The position numbers and the translations under genes are program-made. A stretch of 64,000 bases of DNA from Thermodesulfobacteriota bacterium. Its GTDB lineage: Bacteria > Desulfobacterota_D > UBA1144 > Nemesobacterales > UBA2774. Below, piece by piece: positions 21,487-31,370 of this stretch. Numbering within the stretch: position 1 is the stretch's first letter; every line of letters starts with the position of its first letter. The stretch lies in the NCBI GenBank assembly GCA_965216785.1, contig OZ244197.1:1760001-1824000 (forward strand). The letters run 5' to 3'. The notes under the pieces are model-generated. The model made no database searches, had not been told where the DNA came from, and saw only the letters and a program-made list of their open reading frames with translations.

Positions 21487-22254
21487 ATGAGCGAAAATAA
21501 GTGCGATAGTTACAAAATACTGGGCGTTAATGTAGCCGCGGTCCAGATAAGCGACGTAATCGGGCAGATGGACGAGTGGATAGAAGAGAAGAGCTTTGGG
21601 CATTATATCGCGGTCACGAATACGCATGTTGTGACCGAATCCTGGTTCAACCCGGAATATAGGAAAGTTCTAAATACGGCCGATTTTGTTGTTCCCGACG
21701 GAATGCCTTTGGTTTGGCTGGCGAGGTTGGGTGGATATCCCCTCAAACGCCGGGTTTACGGTCCGGAACTTATGGAAACTTTCATTAAAGAAAACGGCCG
21801 GAAGCGCCGGCACTTCATCTACGGAGGTAAGCCCGGCACGCCCGAGAGGCTTATAGAAAATCTATCGGAAAGCTATCCGGGGATACATTTTGTCGGCAGT
21901 TATTCACCCCCGTTCCGTCAGTTAACCCAAGAGGAGGACAGGGAAGTTGTCGACATGATAAACGATCTTGAGCCCGACGTCATTTGGGTAGGTCTTGGAG
22001 CGCCGAAGCAGGAAAAATGGATGCACGATCACAGACACTTAATTCAATCGCCGATTATGGTGGGGGTCGGGGCGGCATTTGATTTCCTGGCTGGCGAGAA
22101 ATCACAGGCCCCTTCATTCTTCAGGGAAAACGGTTTTGAATGGTTATGGCGCTTGATGAGCGAGCCCCGCCGCCTTTGGCGCAGATACCTTGTCTACGGA
22201 CCGCTTTTTATAGGTTTGGTAATGCTTGAGAAAATGAGAATTTTAAAAATTTGA
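21487..22254 (+). CDS. WecB/TagA/CpsF-family glycosyltransferase (GT26)
   Basis: VPDGMPLVW, RVYGPEL, VGLGAPKQEKW, GVGAAFDF, EPRRLWRRY. Confidence 0.95.
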   Translation: MSENKCDSYKILGVNVAAVQISDVIGQMDEWIEEKSFGHYIAVTNTHVVTESWFNPEYRKVLNTADFVVPDGMPLVWLARLGGYPLKRRVYGPELMETFIKENGRKRRHFIYGGKPGTPERLIENLSESYPGIHFVGSYSPPFRQLTQEEDREVVDMINDLEPDVIWVGLGAPKQEKWMHDHRHLIQSPIMVGVGAAFDFLAGEKSQAPSFFRENGFEWLWRLMSEPRRLWRRYLVYGPLFIGLVMLEKMRILKI

Positions 22255-22298
22255 GACTAAATAACTGAAATCGAGTGGATTTCGGGAGGAGTAAGATC

Positions 22299-23348
22299 AT
22301 GAAAAAAAAGATCCTCATTACGGGAGGCAGCGGCTTTATCGGCTCCCATTTATGCGAAAGGTTACTAGCTGAGAGAAACGAAGTAATCTGCGTGGATAAT
22401 TTTTTTACTGGAACAAAATACAACATTAAGGATATGCTGGGGAATCCGTATTTTGAGCTTGTTCGGCATGATATATGTTTTCCCCTATATATGGAAGTGG
22501 ATGAAATATATAACCTTGCCTGTCCTGCTTCTCCCATCCACTATCAATTTGACCCTGTACAAACGACAAAGGTAAACGTGCTCGGAGCCATAAATATGCT
22601 GGGTCTGGCCAAAAGACTGAAGGTAAAGATTTTTCAGGCCTCAACCAGCGAGGTTTACGGTGACCCCGCTGTTCATCCTCAACGTGAAGAGTATTGGGGG
22701 AATGTAAATCCCATCGGTACCAGGTCATGTTACGATGAAGGGAAAAGATGCGCGGAAACCCTGTTTTTCGATTACAACCGCCAGCACGGGATAGATATCA
22801 GAGTGGCCAGGATTTTCAATACTTACGGCCCCAGAATGCATCCCCGAGACGGCAGGGTGGTTAGCAATTTCATCATACAGGCCCTATTGGGGAACCCCAT
22901 AACTATTTACGGACAGGGGCTTCAGACAAGGTCTTTTTGTTACGTTGACGATCTGGTTAAAGGCATTATCGGCCTGATGAACCTGCCCGAAGGGTTTACG
23001 GGGCCTGTCAACATTGGAAACCCTGTGGAGAAAACCATAATCGAGCTTGCGGAAAAGATTATCGATCTGACAGGTTCTCGATCAGAGCTCGTTTTTCAAC
23101 CGCTGCCCGCCGATGATCCCGTAAGGAGAAAACCGGATATCCAACTTGCAAACGAAAAACTTGATTGGGCGCCCGAGGTTGATCTTGAGACAGGGCTTAC
23201 AAAAACAATCGAGTATTTTGATGAGTTTCTCCGCTCGAGCAAAGGACAGGACATTGTTGATACTCAAGGAGAACAAACGGACGGGAAGTGGAGACAAAAA
23301 AATATAAACGCTATTCCGTTAAAGGAATCTGCGACGACCGCGTCTTGA
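22299..23348 (+). CDS. uxs: UDP-glucuronate decarboxylase (UDP-xylose synthase)
   Basis: [53 protein letters not shown]. Confidence 0.93.
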   Translation: MKKKILITGGSGFIGSHLCERLLAERNEVICVDNFFTGTKYNIKDMLGNPYFELVRHDICFPLYMEVDEIYNLACPASPIHYQFDPVQTTKVNVLGAINMLGLAKRLKVKIFQASTSEVYGDPAVHPQREEYWGNVNPIGTRSCYDEGKRCAETLFFDYNRQHGIDIRVARIFNTYGPRMHPRDGRVVSNFIIQALLGNPITIYGQGLQTRSFCYVDDLVKGIIGLMNLPEGFTGPVNIGNPVEKTIIELAEKIIDLTGSRSELVFQPLPADDPVRRKPDIQLANEKLDWAPEVDLETGLTKTIEYFDEFLRSSKGQDIVDTQGEQTDGKWRQKNINAIPLKESATTAS

Positions 23349-23373
23349 CAGTATATTTGGCCGGATAAAGAAA

Positions 23374-24363
23374 ATGAATCAAAATCATCCAAAAATTAGC
23401 CTGGGCATGCCCGTTTTTAACGGAGAAAACTATATAGAGCCCGCGATCCGCTCAATAATGGCTCAAACGTATTCGGATTTTGAGCTTATTATTGCCGATA
23501 ATGCTTCTCAGGACCGCACCGAGGAGATATGCCGTCAGTACTCTGAAAAAGACAGCCGGATTCGATATTATCGCAATGATTCTAACATTGGCGCCGCGAG
23601 GAACTTTAACCTTACCGTCGAGCTCGCAAAAGGTGAATTCTTCAAGTGGGCGGCCCATGACGATACGCTCGCCCCTGAGTATTTGAAGAGATGTCTTGAA
23701 GTACTGGAACAAGACGAGTCTCTGATCCTTAGTTTCCCGAAAACAATTTTAGTAAATCATAGCGGAGATACGCTCGGTAAATACGAAGTACATATGAGCA
23801 ATATCTCTTCTAAGAGACCACAAGCCAGATTCAGGGACTTGGTATTTGTGAGCCACTGGGGGATCGAGATTTTCGGTTTATTCAGAAAGAGTGTTTTAGA
23901 TGCTACTAATTTGCTGGCCAGCTTTCCGGGATCCGACAGGACCTTCATGGCCGAGCTTAGTTTGGTGGGCCGGATGTATGAAATTCCTGAATACCTCTTT
24001 TATTCAAGGGACCATTCCGAAAGATCCACCAAGACCGGAACGATACACTCGCGCGCGGGGTGGTGGGATACAAAAAATACGGGTCAGACCGTGTTTCCAC
24101 AGTGGAGGCTCTTTTATGAGCTTATTAGAATTGTAAAGAACGCCCGGATATCGCCTAAAGAGCGGGCGGCATGCTATATGTATATGGCAAAATGGCCTGC
24201 TTCAAGCCTTAACTGGGTGCGAATGATTATGGATTTGGCTACGGCTGTTGAGCCAAGGTCATGGGAGTATGCCCAATGGCTTAAAAGGAAATTTTCAAAA
24301 AAGGGTAAAAATGAGGTCAGAGATACGAAAGAAGATTTAATGTCCCAGAACCTCAAGTCTTAA
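23374..24363 (+). CDS. Glycosyltransferase family 2
   Basis: GMPVFNGENY, ADNASQD, FFKWAAHDD. Confidence 0.92.
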   Translation: MNQNHPKISLGMPVFNGENYIEPAIRSIMAQTYSDFELIIADNASQDRTEEICRQYSEKDSRIRYYRNDSNIGAARNFNLTVELAKGEFFKWAAHDDTLAPEYLKRCLEVLEQDESLILSFPKTILVNHSGDTLGKYEVHMSNISSKRPQARFRDLVFVSHWGIEIFGLFRKSVLDATNLLASFPGSDRTFMAELSLVGRMYEIPEYLFYSRDHSERSTKTGTIHSRAGWWDTKNTGQTVFPQWRLFYELIRIVKNARISPKERAACYMYMAKWPASSLNWVRMIMDLATAVEPRSWEYAQWLKRKFSKKGKNEVRDTKEDLMSQNLKS

Positions 24364-24416
24364 ATTTTCATTCCATTAATAAAATTTTTCAAACCATGTA
24401 TAAGGAGGGACAAGCT

Positions 24417-25190
24417 ATGAAGGTAGCTATTCTCGCCGGAGGTTACGGATCGCGTCTTGCCGAAGAGACCGAGGTTAAACCCAAGCCTATGATAGATATA
24501 GGGGGGCGTCCGATACTTTGGCACATAATGAGGCATTACGCGCATTATGGATATGACGAATTTGTCATCGCCCTTGGATACAAGGGTGAAGTGATAAAAA
24601 AATATATGGCCGATTACTGTTCTTTGAACGGAAATCTCAGGGTAAGGCTCGGTACCGGGGAAATAGAGACAAACGGCGGATTCAGGCCTAATTGGACCGT
24701 AGATCTGGTAGATACCGGAGTGCCTACTCTGACAGGCGGTAGGATCAAGCGTCTCGCGCCTTATATAGGCAACGAGACGTTCATGCTGACCTGGGGAGAC
24801 GGGGTCTCAGATGTGAATCTGGACGATCTATTGGAGTTTCACCGCTCACACGGCAAGCTCGCCACTATGACGGCCGTGCGCCCCACTGCACGTTACGGCC
24901 ATCTTGACCTGAATGGAAGCCAGGTTTTGGTTTTCTCGGAAAAACCACAAGCAGAGGAAGGATGGATAAACGGAGCCTTTTTTGTTCTCGAGCCCGAGGT
25001 GTTTGATTACATTGAGGGCGATGAGACTATGTGGGAGCGTGAGCCGCTTGAACGGCTAGCGCAAGAAGGCGAGCTTATGGCATACAAGCACGATTCTTTC
25101 TGGCAATGTATGGACACTTTACGGGAAAAACACTTACTGGAGAAGCTTTGGCAGAGTGGAAATCCACCTTGGAAAATTTGGAGGGATTAA
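24417..25190 (+). CDS. rfbF: Glucose-1-phosphate cytidylyltransferase
   Basis: ILAGGYGSRLAEET..PKPM, TGGRIKR, LTWGDG, WINGAFF, FWQCMDTLRE. Confidence 0.93.
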   Translation: MKVAILAGGYGSRLAEETEVKPKPMIDIGGRPILWHIMRHYAHYGYDEFVIALGYKGEVIKKYMADYCSLNGNLRVRLGTGEIETNGGFRPNWTVDLVDTGVPTLTGGRIKRLAPYIGNETFMLTWGDGVSDVNLDDLLEFHRSHGKLATMTAVRPTARYGHLDLNGSQVLVFSEKPQAEEGWINGAFFVLEPEVFDYIEGDETMWEREPLERLAQEGELMAYKHDSFWQCMDTLREKHLLEKLWQSGNPPWKIWRD

Positions 25191-25191
25191 A

Positions 25192-26250
25192 ATGCGTATA
25201 TTAGTTACAGGACATAAAGGATATATCGGTACTGTTATGGTGCCAATGCTCTTGGAGAGGGGGCATGAGGTAGTCGGACTTGACAGCGATCTATATGAGA
25301 GGTGCAACTTCGGTGATTTGGATTCTGAAGTTCCATCTATCAGAAAAGATGTAAGGGACGTCGAGATCTCCGATCTTGAAGGGTTTGACGCTGTGGTGCA
25401 TTTAGCGGGCCTATCGAATGATCCGCTTGGGGATTTAAATCCCGATCTGACGTACGAGATAAATTACTTGGCATCTCTTAATCTGGCCAGGCTGGCGAAA
25501 ACCGCTGGGATCAGGCGTTTTGTTTTTTCGTCTTCCTGTAGTAACTACGGGGCCTCGGGCGAAAATATGATAGACGAAGGAGCGGAATTCAATCCCGTTA
25601 CTCCATACGGACGCTCCAAAGTCCTTGTAGAAAGGGATGTTTCTAAGTTGGCGGACTCAAAGTTCAGTCCGACCTTCCTTAGAAACGCGACCGCGTACGG
25701 GCTCTCGCCTCGTCTTCGTTTCGATCTTGTGCTGAATAATCTGGTCGCCTGGGCTTTTACAACCGGTCAGGTACATCTGAAAAGTGACGGGACTCCATGG
25801 CGTCCTATTGTGCATATAGAGGACATATCGCTTGCTTGTATTGCGGTATTAAACGCGCCGATCGAGCTTGTGCATAACGAAGCGTTTAATGTAGGGAATA
25901 CCGATGAGAATTATCAGATACGCGAGCTTGCGGAAATAGTAAAAGAAACCGTTCCGGGTTCCCAGGTCGATTTTGCTGAGGGCGCCGGACCCGATAAGCG
26001 CTGTTATCGAGTGGACTGCGGTAAGTTGGAACGTACTCTGCCCGAGTATAAACCCGTATGGACCGCGAGGCGCGGAGCAAAGCAGCTATACGAAGCTTAC
26101 CAAAAAATCGGTCTTCGGCTTGATGATTTTGAAGGACCGAGATACAGGCGCATAGATCATATAAAGGAGCTTATTTCCAATGGGAATTTAAGCACCGATT
26201 TGCGCTGGACAGAGGAATTCGATGCCAAAACCGCTGTTGGAACGGAGTGA
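25192..26250 (+). CDS. NAD-dependent nucleotide-sugar epimerase/dehydratase (extended SDR)
   Basis: TGHKGYIG, HLAGLSNDPLG, SSSCSNYG, YGRSK, RNATAYG. Confidence 0.9.
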   Translation: MRILVTGHKGYIGTVMVPMLLERGHEVVGLDSDLYERCNFGDLDSEVPSIRKDVRDVEISDLEGFDAVVHLAGLSNDPLGDLNPDLTYEINYLASLNLARLAKTAGIRRFVFSSSCSNYGASGENMIDEGAEFNPVTPYGRSKVLVERDVSKLADSKFSPTFLRNATAYGLSPRLRFDLVLNNLVAWAFTTGQVHLKSDGTPWRPIVHIEDISLACIAVLNAPIELVHNEAFNVGNTDENYQIRELAEIVKETVPGSQVDFAEGAGPDKRCYRVDCGKLERTLPEYKPVWTARRGAKQLYEAYQKIGLRLDDFEGPRYRRIDHIKELISNGNLSTDLRWTEEFDAKTAVGTE

Positions 26251-26253
26251 ACA

Positions 26254-27489
26254 ATGAAAATATACGAAGAAATTCAACAATGTCGCTCGTGCGGCCACAA
26301 TGAGCTTGATCTTGTGATCTCTTTTGGAGAGACGACCCTTGCCGACCGTCTTCTTACGCAAGATCAACTACAAGACCCGGAGCTCAAAGTACCACTGAAC
26401 CTGGTTTTTTGTCCCAACTGCTCCCTTGTTCAGATTACGGAGACTGTTTCACCTGAAATTCTGTTTTGTCAGGATTACCCGTATTTCTCCTCCACCTCTC
26501 AGGCGCTCCTTCGTCATTCCAAGGACAACGCCGAGGAGCTCATATCCTCCAGGAATCTTGATTCCAGTAGTTTGGTGATAGAGGTCGCTAGTAATGACGG
26601 GTATATGCTTAGAAATTTTGTCGAGCATAATATCCCTGTTCTGGGCATTGACCCTGCTGATGGGCCTGCCGGTGAGGCAAGAAAAGCGGGCATTCCTACA
26701 CTTTGTACGTTCTTCGATAAACAACTAGCGGAGAACATATCTCAGCAAAATATGTTTGCGGATGTTTTAATCGCTAATAATGTACTTGCGCACGTGGCGG
26801 ACTTGAACGGATTTGTAGATGCTGTTGGTACGGTTTTAAAAGAAGATGGTGTAGCTGTGATCGAGGTTCCGTACATAGAGGACCTGATTCAAAAATGCGA
26901 ATTCGATACTATCTATCACCAGCATCTTTGTTACTTTTCGGTTACGGCGCTGGACAAACTATTCAGGGACCACGGGCTTTATCTTAACAGTGTAAGAAGG
27001 ATCTCCATTCATGGGGGCTCTTTGCGGCTATTCGTGGAAAAGCGGGAGTCGCCGGATGAAAATATCACAAATCTTTTGAGACAGGAAATGGCGGCGGGCA
27101 TGGAAGGGCTCGGCTACTACTCGCGCTTTGCAGAGCGCGTGAATGAGGTGAAAGACTCGCTCTCTTTAATGCTGGCGGAGCTGAAAGCTAAAAGATCTAG
27201 CCTTGCCGCGTACGGTGCAGCCGCAAAAGCGACTACGCTTCTCAGTTACTGCGGCATCGATGGTAATGATTTGGACTTTATCGTGGATTTAAACTCATTC
27301 AAGCACGGAAGGTATATGGGCGGGAACCATTTGCCTATATTGCCAACCGATAAATTACTTGAGCAGATGCCTGATTACGTTCTGCTTTTAGCCTGGAACT
27401 TCGCAGATGAAATCCTCAGTCAGCAGGAAGCGTACAGACAAAGAGGGGGGAAGTTCATTATTCCCATTCCCTATCCTTCTATCGCTTAA
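26254..27489 (+). CDS. NDP-sugar C-3 methyltransferase (TcaB9/TylCIII-like)
   Basis: CRSC..CPNC Zn site, [39 protein letters not shown]. Confidence 0.9.
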   Translation: MKIYEEIQQCRSCGHNELDLVISFGETTLADRLLTQDQLQDPELKVPLNLVFCPNCSLVQITETVSPEILFCQDYPYFSSTSQALLRHSKDNAEELISSRNLDSSSLVIEVASNDGYMLRNFVEHNIPVLGIDPADGPAGEARKAGIPTLCTFFDKQLAENISQQNMFADVLIANNVLAHVADLNGFVDAVGTVLKEDGVAVIEVPYIEDLIQKCEFDTIYHQHLCYFSVTALDKLFRDHGLYLNSVRRISIHGGSLRLFVEKRESPDENITNLLRQEMAAGMEGLGYYSRFAERVNEVKDSLSLMLAELKAKRSSLAAYGAAAKATTLLSYCGIDGNDLDFIVDLNSFKHGRYMGGNHLPILPTDKLLEQMPDYVLLLAWNFADEILSQQEAYRQRGGKFIIPIPYPSIA

Positions 27490-27505
27490 CGGATGAAAAC
27501 AGAAC

Positions 27506-28600
27506 ATGCATATAACGAAGCTTAGCAGATTATTCAGAAAAGTAAGGACAAAAACCTTAAGTTTTATACCGAAAAACGATATTGTAGCGGGTCTGCCCGA
27601 AGGTCTTTGCTTTGATGAACTTAACGAATTGTGCCTTCTTTCCCTCAGAGAGCCTTTGCTGTGTGTATCGCACTGCTCGCTTTCAGGGTGGAAAAAGTCC
27701 AATACATATCGACTAATGCTTGAAACAGAGAATAGAGGTAAATGGAGTTTAATCTATAAGAACGCCGCATATCAGCACGAGATGATCCCGGCGCTCAGTA
27801 GCCTGCCGATACATCCGGGACCCCCGGAATATACAATTTACAGTAAAGCCAATGGGGAGATTATTAAATACCTGCCTGCGATTCATATGTGCCGTGAAGT
27901 AATACCCGGTCTTCATTACAGGTATCTGATGCAGGATTTGAGCAAGCATTACCGTGCGGCTCGCAATAAAGACATCCTGTCCATAACATCCGAGTTGGCC
28001 CAATTGTATGATAATCTCGGGGAATGCGAATTTAATTTAAACGAAGATACCTTTATTATTTATAATGAGGGTCTATGCGCGGAGCTTAAAACCTACATTT
28101 TAGAGGGCCTTCAGCGATATTGTGATGTGGTAAACGGTACAGCTGTGAATTGGGCTTGTGATAATTGGGAAAAAATTTCAGCCTTATACGATGAAAAATA
28201 CGGCTATTCAGCTCTAAATACGATAATACACGGTGACTCGAACCTCGCGAATATTCTCATACACAATCAAAACGGCGACAAAATAAAGTTTATCGACTGG
28301 GAATGGGCGGGGATCGGGCTTGTGCATCAGGATCTGGCGTCTCTTCTTAAAAGGGCCAACCCGGCTGTCGAGGAGGCCGCTCTTGAAATCTTCTCAAAAT
28401 ACGACCGGAGCCTTTCGAGCGGGGAGCATCGAAGACTGTATGAGCTCTGCCAGCTGGAGCGCGGTTTGATAGATTGCGCCTTTTTGGCCAACCAAGTTAT
28501 AGAGTCAAGTGACAAGACCAAAATCGATATCGCGGGCTACATAGAGGATTCAGCTTCCAGGGTTATGGGAGCCTATAACAAGCTGAACCGGGGTTTTTAG
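27506..28600 (+). CDS. APH/choline-kinase-family phosphotransferase
   Basis: IIHGDSNLANIL and FIDWEWAG Brenner motifs. Confidence 0.8.
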   Translation: MHITKLSRLFRKVRTKTLSFIPKNDIVAGLPEGLCFDELNELCLLSLREPLLCVSHCSLSGWKKSNTYRLMLETENRGKWSLIYKNAAYQHEMIPALSSLPIHPGPPEYTIYSKANGEIIKYLPAIHMCREVIPGLHYRYLMQDLSKHYRAARNKDILSITSELAQLYDNLGECEFNLNEDTFIIYNEGLCAELKTYILEGLQRYCDVVNGTAVNWACDNWEKISALYDEKYGYSALNTIIHGDSNLANILIHNQNGDKIKFIDWEWAGIGLVHQDLASLLKRANPAVEEAALEIFSKYDRSLSSGEHRRLYELCQLERGLIDCAFLANQVIESSDKTKIDIAGYIEDSASRVMGAYNKLNRGF

Positions 28601-28653
28601 CTCTTTCCCATATTTTAACTACCTCAAATTACAAAGGGATTTAACAGCCTATC

Positions 28654-29718
28654 ATGTATGAGAACGATGAGTTTGAACTGTGGAACTTAGCTCCTGACAG
28701 TGCCGCATTAACCGGTGCCCAGACCATATTTAATCTTCTGGGGAGGATAAAGCGCCCTGATAAGATTAAAAGTATCACATATTCGATTAACGGCAGTCCC
28801 GAGAGAGCAATATTTTTTAAATACTTGAAAAACTGTTCCGAGAGGCTTATGCGCCCGGGCGATTTTAACATTGATACAATACGGATTGAGGACCTCGGAC
28901 CGAAAAACCGATTGGAGTTTAGGTTGGACCTGGGAGCTGAAGAAAAAAAATATGAAATCAATTTTGCAACTCGTTTGAACAGTGAAGCAACACAGCGTTT
29001 TAGGCTTGACTTGTCAGAGGCGAGCTATCCTCAAGAGGTCGGGCAGATAGTTGACGGCAGGTGGCTATGCAGCAGAGACGAGCACTCAGAGCCCTGTCTC
29101 GAGATTAAAAAGCAGGATGCCGGTCTCGATAGAATTATTCTCTTCGGACGGCATGACTGGACTTCAGACTATGAAATTACGGCTAGGCTGTGCGTAACTT
29201 CCTGGACACATATTACACACAACGTAGGGTTGCTCTTTAAGTGGAATCCCCATCTTCAGGGGGACGGCAGCTGTTTGCCTGCACAGTGGTCTACGGGGCT
29301 GGGTTACTATTATTCACTGTCTAAGGGTTTGAGAATTCGTTTCGGCCATAATGTGCACATCGATACTAACGGTAATAAGAAGGGAGACTATGTTTTAAAG
29401 GAAAAACCGCTTTCTCTATACCGTTACCTTAAAGGCAATATCATTAAGCTTTCTCTTCCATTCTTAAAACTGGTAAACGGCAATTCAGATCTGGTGGTAA
29501 ACCCTTTTTCTCAGATAGTTCCCGGCAGGCAATATCTTTTTAGAATGCGGGTCCATCGTGAAAAGTACACTCTTACGGTTTGGGAGAAAGGAAAGATCGA
29601 GCCTTCTCCACAGTTAGTGGTGTGTGAGCCGCTTGAAATATTACCACAGGGTTCAGTTGGAATAATCGCTTATAACTGCGGTGTGAGAGTATACGAATTT
29701 GATGTTTCTCCAATATAG
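28654..29718 (+). CDS. Hypothetical protein, possibly a beta-sandwich (concanavalin-like)
   Basis: 354-aa co-oriented ORF; WTSDYEITARL and GSVGIIAYN resemble LamG-like strands. Confidence 0.6.
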   Translation: MYENDEFELWNLAPDSAALTGAQTIFNLLGRIKRPDKIKSITYSINGSPERAIFFKYLKNCSERLMRPGDFNIDTIRIEDLGPKNRLEFRLDLGAEEKKYEINFATRLNSEATQRFRLDLSEASYPQEVGQIVDGRWLCSRDEHSEPCLEIKKQDAGLDRIILFGRHDWTSDYEITARLCVTSWTHITHNVGLLFKWNPHLQGDGSCLPAQWSTGLGYYYSLSKGLRIRFGHNVHIDTNGNKKGDYVLKEKPLSLYRYLKGNIIKLSLPFLKLVNGNSDLVVNPFSQIVPGRQYLFRMRVHREKYTLTVWEKGKIEPSPQLVVCEPLEILPQGSVGIIAYNCGVRVYEFDVSPI

Positions 29719-29727
29719 AAAGGAAAC

Positions 29728-31332
29728 ATGCGCGTGAGTGAAATGAAAATGAAACTCAACCAATACTGTGTGTCATCTAAATTCAGATTAGCGGGATACT
29801 GTTATGCATTTCTGGCTATAGTAATCTCCTTGTTCATATTCAGTGAGGGAGCCTACGGCAGGGAGTATGATACCAAGCCCGATGCCAAATACGTTATCTT
29901 AATGATTAGCGACGGCTGGGGGATAAAACACATCGAGGCCGCGGGTAAGTACACAGGCCGTACTCCGGTATATCAGTCATGGGACACGTTCTGGATGTCA
30001 ACTTACCCCGCCGGAGGCGGTTACGACACAGAGCTTGCGTGGTCTGATTTCCAATATGTTAAGAGCGGGGCGACCGATAGCTCCGCGTCGGCTACAGCAA
30101 TGTACACAGGCACAAAGACTAAACCGTCGATGATAGGTGTATCACCGGAAGGCAGGCGCCTGTTTTCAATCGCTGAAAAAGCCAAAATGTTAAATATGGC
30201 TGTAGGCGTAGTCAGTTCTTTGCAGATATCCCATGCTACCCCGGGTGCTTGGTACGCTCACAATGATTACAGGTTTAATTCGTACGCGATCGCGGAAGAG
30301 GGTTTGTTCGGCGACCCTCAGGCAACATACAGCAAATGGAATTGGAATGATAAGGCTAGGCATATTGCGCAAATGATTTTTAAGTGGCTGCCGCGCTCGC
30401 ATAAATTATTCAATGACTTATATGCCGGAGACCACGGCATTTCGGACCCTATAGAAGTATTAATAGGTGCAGACGGTACAGGCTACTTGGGTGAGCCTTA
30501 CATGAATGAGCACATTCGCGAGAAGCTTAGGAGTGAAAGCTCTCAGCCGGAAAAGCACACTCTGATTGAGAGCGTAGACGGAGAAGACGACGGAGTGCGT
30601 CTTAGTATGGCGGCTGAAAACGAAAGTATCACAAAGCTTGTGGGTTTATTCAAACACAGCTACCGCTTAGCCGACGGTTCCGGCCACAATCCGGAAAACC
30701 CCACACTTGCAGAAATGACGTCAGCCGCATTAAAAGTGCTTGGCCGCAACACCAATGGTTTCGGATTGCTTGTCGAGGGCGGAGCGGTCGATTTTGCCGC
30801 TCACAGCAATAATATGAATCAGATGCTGGGGGAGCAGATTGATTTTGACCAAGCCGTTGAGTCAGTAGTCGATTGGGTTGAAGACCCCTCAAACGGCAGT
30901 AACTGGAATAACACTCTTGTTCTCGTAACCGGAGATCACGAAACCGGCTATTTAACAGCCGGTCCGGGTATTTTCGCAGACCAGCCTCTCGGTGAAGTAA
31001 GTGAGAGAACACTTTCATTAGAGAAAATTGTTGAGGGAAGCGGTCGTCGCGCCAGCTGGGAGGATGTAGATGGGGACGGTGAAATAGGGAAGGATGAAAC
31101 CGTGTACTGGGCTTGGAACAGTGATAAACATACAAATAATCTTATCCCTTTATACGCCAAGGGGTTTAATTCCGAGCTCCTCGCGGGCTTTGCATTTAAT
31201 AAAGATCGGGTACGAGGCTCATTTATTGATAATACTCATGTGTACCATGTCATAGACACCGCAATATCACAACCATCGGCTAATGAAGGTATTAATGTAA
31301 ATATGGTCGGTATACCGAATCAAATACCCTAG
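29728..31332 (+). CDS. Alkaline phosphatase family protein (exported)
   Basis: MISDGWG, TDSSASATA, HATPG, VEGGAVDFAAHSN, VTGDHETG. Confidence 0.9.
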   Translation: MRVSEMKMKLNQYCVSSKFRLAGYCYAFLAIVISLFIFSEGAYGREYDTKPDAKYVILMISDGWGIKHIEAAGKYTGRTPVYQSWDTFWMSTYPAGGGYDTELAWSDFQYVKSGATDSSASATAMYTGTKTKPSMIGVSPEGRRLFSIAEKAKMLNMAVGVVSSLQISHATPGAWYAHNDYRFNSYAIAEEGLFGDPQATYSKWNWNDKARHIAQMIFKWLPRSHKLFNDLYAGDHGISDPIEVLIGADGTGYLGEPYMNEHIREKLRSESSQPEKHTLIESVDGEDDGVRLSMAAENESITKLVGLFKHSYRLADGSGHNPENPTLAEMTSAALKVLGRNTNGFGLLVEGGAVDFAAHSNNMNQMLGEQIDFDQAVESVVDWVEDPSNGSNWNNTLVLVTGDHETGYLTAGPGIFADQPLGEVSERTLSLEKIVEGSGRRASWEDVDGDGEIGKDETVYWAWNSDKHTNNLIPLYAKGFNSELLAGFAFNKDRVRGSFIDNTHVYHVIDTAISQPSANEGINVNMVGIPNQIP

Positions 31333-31370
31333 TCCAGCCGGATATAAAATTCTACGAGTGAAAATCTCAA